Source of the DNA: Heterodontus francisci
Taxonomy: Eukaryota
Direction of reading: 5' to 3'
Assembly: GCF_036365525.1 (NCBI RefSeq)
Contig: NC_090383.1
Coordinates: 3,207,112-3,271,111 of the forward strand
DNA length: 64,000 nucleotides
Below, piece after piece: positions 1-10,839 of this stretch; the stretch's first letter is position 1, and each line of letters starts with the position of its first letter. Made by a program: the position numbers and the translations under genes. The notes under the pieces were generated by a model. That model was not told where the DNA came from and did no database searches. It saw nothing but the letters and a program-made list of their open reading frames with translations.

Positions 1-714
1 TGCAGGATACTTGCAAACCTCAACACACTTAACCTGCCATTGTTTCACAACAGACCTATCACTTAATTGCAAACGATGAGAAATGACAATTGAAAGGCCA
101 TAGTTCAAATTATGGATAAACCTCTTAAACATGTTAGAAACCATTTCCGATCTGGCTCCTTTCAAGAGATCGACTATCCTCAAAATGCCTCATTGAAGGA
201 GTCATTCTTTGCAAGACTAGACATGAAGTACCTGTACTGTCAAGCCATTGGAACACAGAGGTCGAGATGAGCTAGTCTCTCATCCATCACTGAAACATTT
301 TGTAAGCTCTGTGCATTTCTTTACATGTTAACAATGTAGCAAATAAAAATGCAAAATTTAAATTATTTTGTGGCTTATCTAGTATTTCATTAGGCCACCA
401 AAAAGCACTTACAATGTTACTGTTCAGTTCCAATATAAGGACTGGCATTCCAGAGTTGCTTATGTTGAGTGTTTAGTCGTTTGGTAGGTCCATGTGACCC
501 ACACCTGACATCCTGGGTGGATCACATTGGAATGGGTTAAGAATGTACACCAAAAAAACATTAAAAACAGCTCTTTTCATTGACTGGCGAAGTCAACAGC
601 TGCGAGATTTTCCAGAGCCAGGAAGCAGTTCTATGCAAAAACAGGCCTGAAGAGCTGGATCCTGCCCAGATCAGGGGACAATCAGCAACTAACAGACGGT
701 GTCAGTGCCTGAGC

Positions 715-1040
715 CCACAAAGTTACACAGGAACAGGAGGCCATTCAGCCCCTCGAAGCAGTTCTGCCATTGTACTAGATCATATTGATCTGTATCTTAA
801 CTGCTTTCCCCACCTTGACTCTGTAATCCATAATACTCTTTGCCTGATAAAAAAAAATCTAATTAATGGCAGCTTAGCAATTTTCAGTTTACGCTTTCAC
901 CCCGACAGCCTCAACAGCTGTTTGGGGGATTGAGTTCTAGATTTCCACTACCCTGTGTGAAGATATGCTTCCTGACATCATTCCTGAGAGGCCGAACTCC
1001 AGTTTTAAGGCGATGCCTCCTGGTTCCGGACTCTCCCAGC
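715..1040 (-). mobile_element. CR1-type LINE 3' end fragment
   Basis: Reverse-strand CR1 3' tail (acaggaggccattcagccc...) and degenerate RT C-terminus (RNDVRKHIFTQ). Confidence 0.7.
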
Positions 1041-1640
1041 GGCGGTCGGTGACTGTCATGGCCAGCCGGGGTGTGAGGCCCGGCCTGGGAGGTAGAGGCG
1101 ACCTCCCCTCCCAGCCCCATCTCAGCTCAGCCCTCCTTTAAATCGAGCGGCTGGCTGCGCCCTTCCCTCACGGCTGCTAGGCCCGGCCCGGGGAGCGGCT
1201 TCTCCCAGACAGAAAAGAGAAAGCGGCACTTACTACTCGGGATTCATGGTTGACATCTCACTTTCAACCACGGATTTTCTTGTCAGCTGCGCTTTTTAAA
1301 AAATTTCTTTCAACAGCTTCTTAATCCAACGGTGGAAATGTATATATGATATCTAGTGCGAGGAAGCAGAGCTGCCCGAAGCTCCGAGCAGCCAAGTCAG
1401 TCACAGCCCAAAATGGCGACCCGTCCAACCAGGAAATAACAAGCCGGCGGCGCCCCGCCGCCTGCTGGGAGTTGGAGGCCGATGACGTAAACCGCTCACG
1501 CCACTGCCGCCCATGGCCAGAAAGACTACAGTTCCCACAAGGCACAGCAGCGGCCGCGCGACGCATGCGCGATGACGTTCCTCTCCCAGCCCACCCCCCC
1601 TCGGATTGCGTCATCGCTGAACACGTGGCAGTTTGAGCTG
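1040..1640 (-). promoter_or_regulatory. CpG island / RAB1A promoter and 5' UTR
   Basis: CpG-rich against a CpG-depleted background. YY1-type AAAATGGCG about 1410-1418; ATGACGTAA 1482-1490; ZNF143/SBS-type ACTACAGTTCCCACAAGGCAC 1525-1545; NRF1-like ACGCATGCGC 1561-1570; E-box CACGTG about 1623. Confidence 0.8.
1234..1256 (-). CDS. RAB1A: RAB1A first coding exon (MSTMNPE[Y]); rest of gene lies left of the window
   Basis: Minus strand reads ATGTCAACCATGAATCCCGAGTA|GTAAGT: a 23-nt coding exon with a consensus donor. It matches the RAB1A N-terminus (MSSMNPEY in human; RAB1B starts at MNPEY), sits in a CpG island and is divergent to ACTR2 as in human. Confidence 0.9.
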
Positions 1641-1781
1641 AGTGCCAGAGGTGGGGAGCAAAGCAGTTCAGTAATGGATGAAGCAAGAGCTGTCACAAGG
1701 GTATGCATCAGCAAACTCTTGTTTTGTAGTTGAAGAAGTGCACCATAAGACATTCTTAGCACTCCGAGGTAAATAATTCTG

Positions 1782-1880
1782 CAATAAAAAGAGAGTTTGC
1801 TGGAAATACTCAGCAGGTGAGGCAGCATCTGTGGAGAGAGAAGCAGAGTTAATGTTTCCAGTCTGTGACCTTTCATAAGA
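1782..1880. mobile_element. Half copy of a Penelope-related palindromic short element
   Basis: Shares gctggaaatactcagcaggt...gcagcatctgtggagagagaa with 5130-5302, 53540-53668 and 58003-58085. Confidence 0.7.
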
Positions 1881-2290
1881 CCATTCTGCTACAAAGCCAA
1901 TAAGGAATGAAACCATACAGACCACCCGGTATCAACGTAGGCACCAGAATTGACAACGGCAAACCCAGCCCTGTTTGTCCTGCAAAGTCCTCCTGGACTT
2001 GTGCCAAAGTTGGGAGAGCGGTCCCACAGACTAGTCAAGCAAAAGCCTGACATTGTCTAAAAGGTTTGATTCCGTGAGTATGACTATGTCCCAAACACTG
2101 CCATCACCATCCCCAGGTATGTCCTGTCCCACCGGCAGGACAGACCCTGCAGAGGTGACGGCACAGTGGTATACAGTCGGGAGGGAGTTGCCCTGTGAGT
2201 CCTCAACATCGCCTCCGGACCCCCTGAAGTCTCATGGCATCAGGTCAAACATGGGCAAGGAAACTTCCTGCTGATAACCACCTACTATCC
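1881..2290 (+). mobile_element. LINE (CR1/L2-group) 5' UTR and APE endonuclease fragment
   Basis: Degenerate translation GLVPKLGERSHRLVKQKPDIV...TIPRYVLSHRQDRP..RGDGTVVYS, typical of an APE N-terminus. Confidence 0.65.
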
Positions 2291-2689
2291 CCCTAGTAGC
2301 ACCATTACTGACCAACACTCCCTGTGCCAAAGCATTCTGTGCTCCAATAAATCTCTGCATAAAGAAATGTTTCCTAATCCCTCTCTATGCGCTGTCTTAG
2401 TGAGAATTTGAATTGATGCCCCCTTGTCACTGACTCCCTAACTGGAAAGAATAGTCTTTCCTTATGCACTCCTCTGCTTGATCAGGAGTGAATTGCCAAT
2501 GCAGCCAAGTCTACATCCTCAGCCAAAACCATCCAATTTTTGCCCAAGTACACTGAATGTACTAAGTGCCTCTCATCATACTCAGTATTCTGTTTTCATT
2601 CCCAAACACAGCTGGAGTTGTCCAGTGTGATGTGACAATCATGGAAGGGCTATCTGGCTGTTTTGGAGCTGTAGCTGAAACTGCTTCCC

Positions 2690-3010
2690 CTGACTGGGGA
2701 GTCTAGAACTCGGGGTCACAGTCTCAGGATAAGGGGTCGGTCATTTAGGACTGAGACGACAAAGAATTTCTTCATTCAGAGGGTGTGAATCTTTGGGTTT
2801 CTCCACGTCAGAAGGCTGTGGATGCTCAGTTATTAAGTACATTCAAGACTGAGATTGATAGATGTTTGGACGTAGAGAATCCAGGGAATTAGGATTAGGA
2901 CAGGAAAGTCGAGCTGAAGTACAGGTAGATCAACCAAACTCTTCTTCAAAAGCTGAGTAGGCTGGAGGAGCTGCATGGGCTACTCCTGCTCCTATTTCTT
3001 ATGTTCTTAT
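2690..3010 (+). mobile_element. CR1 LINE 3' end
   Basis: ggggagtctagaactcggggtcacagtctcagg... through the ctcctgctcctatttcttatgttcttat tail. Confidence 0.75.
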
Positions 3011-3099
3011 ATTATGATTCAAAACAGGGGCTTTTATATCAGGCGTTTCAAGAGTCCAGACAGCTTAATTTCCAATACATTGGAAAGATTAGCCGGTTC

Positions 3100-3645
3100 T
3101 AAAACTGCTTATCAGACAACCAGTTTTGGATGAGCAGAAATTAAATATTGGGAAGACTGAAGCCATTGTCTTCAGTCCCTGCTCCAAACTCCATTCCCTA
3201 GCTACCGACTCCATCCCTCTCCTTGGCAACAATCTGAGATTAAACCAGTCTGTTCACAACCTTGGTACCACATTTGACCCCGAGATGAGTTTCCAACCTC
3301 ATATTCATGCCATCACTAAGACCTCCATTTCCACCTCCGTAACATTGCCCGACTTCATCCCTGTCTCAGCTCATCTGTTGCTGAAACTCTCATTCATGCC
3401 TTTGTTACCTTTAGACTTGACTATTCTAATGCACTGCTGGCTTGTCTCCCACCTTCCACCCTCATAAACTTCAGATCATCCAAAACTCTGCTGTCTGTGT
3501 CTTATTTTGCACCAAGTCCCGTTCACCTATCACCTGTGTACTTGCTGACATCTTGATTTTAAAATTTTAAACCTTGTTTTCAAATCCCTCCATGGCCTCG
3601 CCTTATCCCTGTAACCTCCTCCAGCCTTACCACCCTCCGAGATCT
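3100..3645 (+). mobile_element. L2-clade LINE fragment
   Basis: LNIGKTEAIVF...NLGTTFDPEMSF; homologous to 15390-16860. Confidence 0.8.
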
Positions 3646-4334
3646 GAAGAGTATATATTCCATGAAATACTGCAGATTAATAAAGCCAAAAATACCACAA
3701 ACGATTAGCAAGGTATCTGCTGTTTCTTGAAGCGTTACTGGACAGTTGAATGGTATAACTCTCCTTGCACATAAAGCCTATACTGCACAATTGTATCTTA
3801 TCCCTTGTAACAGCTATGTATTGTAAACTAGTCTTTTGTTTTAGTTTGAAAAGAAAAACTTGAAATAGCTGGTAACAGTTTATTTTTAAATTTCCGAAAG
3901 CCAACAGTTAGTTAGAGATATCTATCATACATAGTATTGTGAATATTTTCTAAGTTTGATGCAAAAAATATTCTGAGAAGTGTCATTTCTGATGGTTTAT
4001 GGATGACAAGAAATTAACCACGCAACTTATTTTATGAAGCACTTACCAGCAGCAGCTCCTGCCTGTAAAAATAGCAGCTGTCACATGGGCTGATTGTGAT
4101 GGAGTGACCTTGTAAATAAAAACAAACCAGAGAACACCCCACTGTAACAATTAGAGAAATATTGTGATTAAAAAAATATACAATTTAATTTTCCATCCCA
4201 TTTTTAATTCCTGAGCCAGTGTTGTCCAGTCAATGCCTGCACTGCAAATGCCATGTTATAATCAGTCACTAGGGAGTGCTCAAAGAAAATGTCCACTAAT
4301 TTCCCATACCTCACAGAAAGCCTCTTACTGCACT

Positions 4335-4985
4335 TGGGAATGGTAGCGTAGTGGTAATGTTACTGGATTAGTAATCTACAGGCCCAGACTAATGCTCCGG
4401 AGACATGAGTTCAAGTCCCTCCATGGCAGCTGAGGAAATTTAAATTCAATGATTGAAATAAACCTGGAATAAAAAGCTAGAATCAGTTATAGTGATCATG
4501 AATTGTTGTAAAAGCCATCTGACTCACTACTGTCCTTTAGGGAAGGAAATCCGCTGTCCTTATCTGATCTGACCAACATGTGACCCCAGACCCACACCAA
4601 TATGGTTGACTGCTAACTGCCCTCTGAAATGGCCCAGCAAGCCACTCAGCTGTATCAAAAACGGCTATGGAAAAGCCAAATAAAAATAAAACTGGACGAC
4701 CAACCAGCATCGCCTAACCAACCAACATCCCTAGGCACCGGCTCAGACAAAGGCACACCCTGCCCATTTGGTCCTGCATAATAATATATTATCACACTTT
4801 CGCTGTTGCTGGGTCAAAATCCTGGAAATCCCTTCCTTGCAGCACTGTGGGTGTACCTACTCCAGATAGACTGCAGCGGTTCAAGAAGGCGGCACACTAC
4901 CACCTTCTCAAGGGCAATTAGGGATGGGCAATAAATCCTGACCTTGCCAGTGACGTCTACATCCCACGAATGGATGAAAAAAAAA
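4335..4985 (+). mobile_element. tRNA-headed SINE / internally deleted LINE derivative
   Basis: A-box-like tagcgtagtgg and B-box-like gagttcaagtcc head; body shared with 18010-18420 and 21790-22190; 3' tail identical in type to the LINE end at 36900-37125. Confidence 0.7.
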
Positions 4986-5129
4986 CAAATTAGAGACAGT
5001 GTTCACACAATGATTAACACATTTGTATCAAATTCATGCTAGCATCATTTTAACTTGTTTATTCAGGGGCTACGGTTAGGTACCTGTTAGAAAGGTGCAA
5101 TAGAACTACATAATCATGTGAACAAAAGC

Positions 5130-5302
5130 AAAACATTGCAGATTCTGGAAATCAGAAAAGAAATAGAAAGTGCTGGAAATACTCAGCAGGTCAGGCAGCA
5201 TCAGTGGAGAGAAGGTCATGGACCTGAAACGTAGACTCTGTTTCTCTCTCCACCGATGTTGCCTGACCTGCTGAGTATTTCCAGCACTTTCTGTTTTTAT
5301 TT
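5130..5302. mobile_element. Palindromic (hairpin) Penelope-related short element
   Basis: Long inverted arms agaaagtgctggaaatactcagcaggtcaggcagcatc / gatgttgcctgacctgctgagtatttccagcactttct, with central aggtc-atg-gacctgaaacgt. Confidence 0.75.
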
Positions 5303-5673
5303 TACATCATGTGATCTCACAAAACTGCATTTTAAAAAAATTACCCCACTATCTTTGCCAATCTTCAAATGTAAACCAACAAATTAAGTTATAAAGGCAT
5401 TGTCAAATGTTTATTAATACGTATTGACTCCTCTCACTCGGCATCTTCGAATGAAATTGTGGAAACTACTTGCCCGATGGTTTGCATACAGGCCGCACCC
5501 GGGCAACAGTGAGTAACCAACACGTCCAGGGTCTTTGAATGCAGCTCCCAAGGTAGATACACCTAAACAGGTCAAACCAAAGCTAGTGAAAGCAGTTTGT
5601 AAACCAATGGTCACTTCTAAATCAGACCAAACTGAAATCGATAAATCTCTAGGTACTGCAGAACTGTACATAT

Positions 5674-6536
5674 CTTTACGACCAGGTGAGAGAGGTCTAG
5701 GGTTCCCTTTCAGCCTTCATCTGGTCTTACTGTAACAGGGTTTTATTTTTAAACACACTGTTTTTAGCTCCCCCTTGGTGAATGCTTGTTCACCGCTTTC
5801 CAATTATAAGGCAAAGAGATGAGCACAAACAGGCGTTCTTAAGTTTAAAGAAGGTGAAATTTTATTAAACTTAAACTCTAATTCGGTTGACGTCCATGGA
5901 TAGATGACACGCCCACGCTAGCATGCATACGCGATACACACATGCAAATAGAGACAGAAAAGAGAAGAAAAATTAAAGTGGAAAGGTTTGAGGCAATATC
6001 TGGCGAGTTGTTGTTATGGTTCTTCGAGCTCACTGTAGAATCCTTGATTGTAGGTAGATCTTGCTTTTCGTTGGGGCCCAGTATTCTTCTTAACCCTTGT
6101 TCACTGTAGGAGACTTTTCTCTCTTGGGGTTCCTGTGTCTTCAGTCGGTTTTTGGAGTTCCGTGAGAAAGAGATGGGAGCAGACAGGAGAGGCTGTGGTG
6201 AGCCAGACAGGAGAGGTCTTTTCAATCCAGGAGCAAAGAGCTTTCTGCCCAAACTCTCAGTTCAAACTTCGTACAATTCAGGAAAAACCCAGACTGCCAA
6301 GCAGGTTAGTCATGTGACTAACTGGTTTGACCAGGTCTGTTTGTGGATTGCATTGGAGTAGGGGATAGCTCCTTTGTTCCAACACTGTCTGTTAATATGG
6401 AAAAATATCTTTTCAGCCAGGGGCCTGGAAACCCCTTGTCACAGGCCTTCTCTTCTTCCAAGCAACAATTTGAAATTTAATATCCATCTGGTGAAATTAA
6501 TATGCCTCATTCTTCACAGGTGGGGTGTGCATGACA
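5674..6536 (-). repeat. 3' LTR
   Basis: Direct repeat of 9838-10679 ending ...tgcatgaca; adjacent internal sequence reads gggtgtggagg on the minus strand (PPT-like). Left terminus is degenerate. Confidence 0.88.
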
Positions 6537-6831
6537 CCTCCACACCCAGGGGAATGAAATGCAATTTGAAAAAATGTGCATTTCATTAAATGGGTAGAGA
6601 GAAAATATGTAAGATACAGGAAAAAAAACATGTACTTCTCTCACTCATTTCCATTCATTCATAAATCCGAAAGCTTCTTCAAATTGCCTGTCTTTTCCTG
6701 GTGCCAGTGCTGCTTTAATTGCCCCCTTTTTGGCATCCCAGTAAACATGTGGTTCTTTGGGGAAGTTTTTCTTCAGTTTGCCCATTTCCATGACTGCCTA
6801 GGGTCTTTGTTCCTGGTGAGGTAATTTTTTT

Positions 6832-9700
6832 TTAAAAAGAGTCAACAGTGGGCGGGTCTATCCTGAACTCTCTTTCAGTGCTTTGCTGAGTCTTGCAAAG
6901 GCTTTTGACTTCAGGGGATGGGTGGTTCTCTTTTTCTCTGACTGTGGGGGAGGATTCTTTGTTAATTTCCCCTTTTTTCTCTGGGACACTCTTGCCTGCA
7001 GGTATTTGTGCAGACTCTACTGCACGTCCCTGTGGCACCTCGACTAGGTGAGGCATCACCCTTGTGGTTTCTCTGCCCCCTAGAGGTCTTCCTTTGTCTC
7101 TGCAGGTTCCTGTAAATGCTGTAAGCACCTCTGGTGGGGTATTTCTAGCGTCTGCATTTACGTGGGAGGATGTGGGGTCTAACTTTTCAAATTTTCCAGG
7201 GTTGGCTGACTGGACAGTAGGATTTTTCATCTGGGATTCCTCCTGGACTTCCTTTAACCTGCCCTCTTGGTCACTTTTTCCCCTTCCCTGTCTAGCCTTT
7301 TGCCAGCAGTGTGCCTGCCTGTTCCCTTTTGTTCTCGGTGGGGGTCCCTTACAGTTCACCAGCCCTCTGCTGAAGGGTCCTCCTAACACCGGTACTAGAC
7401 TTAGGGATGCAGGTTTCACTGTAGGTTGGGGTTTCCCTTCAACTTGCCACATGCGGCAACTCCTGCAGTACTCCACCACATCTTTGTGGAGTTTTGGCCA
7501 GTCAAACCACTGTCTTATGCGGGCTTTGGTCTTTCATATACCATGTACAGCCATTGTAATCTCGTGGGCCCTTCCTAATATTTCTCTCCGATACGTCTGT
7601 GGCACCACTAACTGGTGAGCTACTGTCCGCTCCTTGCCCTCAGGTCTGTGAGGAGAACTCCATTTCCTCATCAGTACCTCATTCTTTAAATAGTAACAAT
7701 CAGGGACTCCCTCTGCTTCACTTTCAGACTGGGCAGCCTGTGCTATCTCTCACAATACTGGGTCGGCTCGCTGAGCCTCAGCTAGGGAAAATCCATTTAA
7801 TTCATCCCCTGGATCTCCTAACTTTCCAAAGAAAGTCTCAGACAGACAGATCTGGTCATCTGCCTGCAGTGCCAATTCAGTCTTCTCTTGGTGTGCTGGT
7901 TTGATCATGGCCTGATTCATTACACATTCAGGGAAACTGCAGGGGTCCGTCTCCTGCCATGGCCCTCTCTCTCTGACCTCCTGTGGTCTTTCTTTCACTA
8001 ATGGGGGGGCTACCACTTTTACCACCGCCGGATCATTACCGAGGAGCACGTCAACCCCGTCCATGGGCAAACTAGGGACAATCCCTACGGTCATCGGTCC
8101 CGAAACTAGGTCGCATTTCAAGTGCACCCTGTGTACAGGTACAGGCATACACTGACCTCCAATACGATTCACCACCATTTTGATGTTCATTGCATTCTCT
8201 GGGGGAAAAGTCAGGACTTTTCCCAGTAAAAGGGATCTAGTGGACGCTGTGTCCCTGAGAATTACTATGGGCTTGCTGGCTCCACTCGAGGGGTGTGGGG
8301 TTACTTTCCCTTCAAACACAAAAGCCTGATAAGCTTCAGGAGTCCTATTAAATTTTCCTGCACTTGCTTCCTGGGTCTCACTCTAACTGCAGTTAAAGCC
8401 ACAGCTTGTTCTGCTGTGCTTTCCTTCAGGGTCCCTTCTTCACTGAGCGGGTGTGCCCTGATCAACCCTACTGGTTTTCCCTTTAGTTTCCAGCGGTCAG
8501 CTTTTAAATGCCCTGCTTTATTACAATGGAAACACACAGGTCTCCAGGTCTCACTCTTGCTCACCGCACCTTCCTTTTTGGCTGGAGAAGGGCCCCCTGT
8601 GTCTCCTGCTTTCCTTTCTCTCCCAGGACTGTCTGGACGTCTATCACCTTCCCACCTTTTGTCGATTTCGGATTTGTGGGGGTGATTAGGAAAGGTTCTC
8701 CCCTGGGAAACCGACTTATAAATTAAAGCAAACTCATCAGCTAGAACGGCCGCTGACCGGGCTCTCTGGAACCCACTGCTCCTCTACATGGGTCTTTATG
8801 GAGAGTGGGAGAGAGTTTTTAAATTCCCCTAACACAACTACTTCCCTGAGATTCTCATAGCTAAGCTGTATTTTAAGAGCCCTCAGATACTGGTCAAAAG
8901 CCAGCTGCTTGCTTCTTTCAAACTCCAGATAGGTTTGATTAGTTTGTTTCTTGAGGGTTCTAAACTTTTGGTGATAGGCTTCGGGTACTAATTCATATGC
9001 CCCGAGGATAGCATTTATTGGTCAGTTCATAATTTGATGAACTCTCATCTGGCAACAGGGAATAAACACCATGGCTTTTCCAGTTAGCTTGCTTTGTAGT
9101 AAAAGAGACCAGGTATCAGCAAGCCATTTCAGCTGCCTTGCCAGTTTCTCAAAAGACACAAAAAATTCCTCCACATCTTCCTCATTGAATTTTGGGATTA
9201 GATGAGCTAGTTTTAACAATTTTGTACCCAGCCCTGAATTACGCTCCTCCATATTAGCCATGCTTTCACTGGGGTTACTCTGTCACCCCCTAGTTAACTC
9301 AAACCCCCTCAACCCTCTATCTTCGCATTCTTTCTGGAATATTCTTTCCCTCTCTCTCTTGTTACTTCTCCTGTCTTTCTCTCTCTTTCTCCTACCTTTC
9401 ATTTTCTTCATGTTCCTTCTGGAAGACTCTTCCTTTCTCCCTTTCCTCAAATTCAAGTTTCCTCTGTTCCAATTGTATCTTTGCTAACAATACCCTGTCG
9501 GAATCTGCTTCTAACACTGCTTCTGCTTCTTCAGATTCAACAGAAAAATGGTTGGCCACTAGCCTTAGGAGTTCAGACTTCCTAGCCTTGCCACGTACAG
9601 TGATCCCACACTGCTCAGCCATTTCCCTCAGCTCCTCCATAGACAGTGCTTTTAACTTATCCTAAGTTACTTGGAGAGCTATTAGCTTCAGTTGCAGACA
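6832..9700 (-). pseudogene. Fragmented gag-protease-integrase(N-term) of the LTR element
   Basis: ORF fragments 9392-9640, 9022-9261, 8301-8564, 7750-8319 and 6832-7479 lie in different frames with stops; last knuckle Cys replaced by Arg. Confidence 0.85.
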
Positions 9701-9813
9701 TGTTAGTAGTCAATCACACACAACCACAAGAAAACCTGTATTAATCTTGCTCTTTTTTCATTGGGAACAATTTGGCTTCCCACTTCCAATTTCTCTCGTT
9801 TGTCTGTGGGTCA

Positions 9814-9831
9814 ATCCTGGACCAGCCCTGA
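9814..9831 (-). other. Primer binding site (tRNA-Pro type)
   Basis: Minus strand TCAGGGCTGGTCCAGGAT matches the tRNA-Pro PBS TGGGGGCTCGTCCGGGAT at 14/18 positions, 6 nt inside the 5' LTR. Confidence 0.7.
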
Positions 9832-9837
9832 AATTTC

Positions 9838-10679
9838 TGTTATGACCAGGTGAGAAAGAGGTCTAGGCTTCCCTTTCAGCCTTCATCTGGTCTTATTGTA
9901 ACAGGGTTTTATTTTTAAACACACTGAGTTATGAGCTCCCCCTTGGTGAATCCTTGTTCACTGCTTTCCAATTTTAAGGCAAAGAAACGAGCACAAACAG
10001 GCTTTCTTAGGTTTAAAGAAGAAAGGTGAAATTTTATTAAGCTTAAACTCTAATTCGGTTGACACCTACGGATACACGACGCGCTCATGCTAGCATGAAT
10101 ACGCAATACACACATGCAAATAGAGACAGAAAAAGAGCAGAAGAAAAATTAAAGTGGAAAGGTTTGAGGCAATATCTGAAGAGTTATTACTGTTCTTTGA
10201 GCTCACTGTAGGTTGTAGGTACATCTTGCTTTTTGTTGGGGCCCAGTATTTTTCTTAAACTTTGTTCACTTAGGAGACTTTTCTCTCTTGGGGTTCCTGT
10301 GTCTTCAGTCGGTTTTTGGAGTTCCGTGAGAAAGAGATGGGAGCAGACAGGAGAGGCCCTTTCAATCCAGGAGCAAACAGCTTTCTGCCCAAACTCTCAG
10401 TTCAAACTCTGTACAATTCAGAAAAAAGCCCAGACTGCCAAGCAGGTTAGTCACATGACTAACTGGTTTGACCAGGTCTGTTTGTGGATTGCATTTGGAG
10501 CAGGGGATAGCTCTTTTGTTCCAACACTGTCTGTTAATATGGAACAATGTCTTTCCAGCCAAGGGCCTGGAAACCCCTTGTCACAGGCCTTCTCTTCTTC
10601 CCAGCAACAATTTGAAATTTAATATCCATGTGGCAAAATTAATGTGCCTCATTCTTGGCAGGTGGGGGCGTGCATGACA
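9838..10679 (-). repeat. 5' LTR
   Basis: TGTTATGACC...TGCATGACA with TG..CA termini and short terminal inverted similarity. Confidence 0.9.
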
Positions 10680-10839
10680 ATACGTACATTTATATTTCCC
10701 AGATGATCCAAGACAATACGACCTAATAACAAACAAAACAGAAACTATTATATTGAACAAGCGGTTTTGTGAATTGTGAATTATAAATCTTGCATATTGC
10801 AGACACTTCCTGCAAGTGTAATGCTTCCTTAAACATTTA

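Larger units (their letters stand above)
5674..10679 (-). mobile_element. Non-autonomous Gmr1-like Ty3/Gypsy LTR retrotransposon (degenerate gag, protease, partial integrase; no RT/RNase H)
   Basis: Two homologous LTRs of about 850 bp; tRNA-Pro-like PBS; purine-rich PPT; gag FEKLARQLKW...LLQSKLTGKA; Zn knuckle CFHCNKAGH; protease ILRDTAS; integrase Zn region WPKLHKDVVEYCRSC. Flanks ATAT/ATAC may be a 4-bp TSD. Confidence 0.88.

Noticed and set aside
1321-1876. Overlapping ORFs in the RAB1A CpG island (and similarly 25954-26539 at ACTR2)
   Set aside because: GC-rich promoter DNA is stop-poor, and the translations resemble no known protein.
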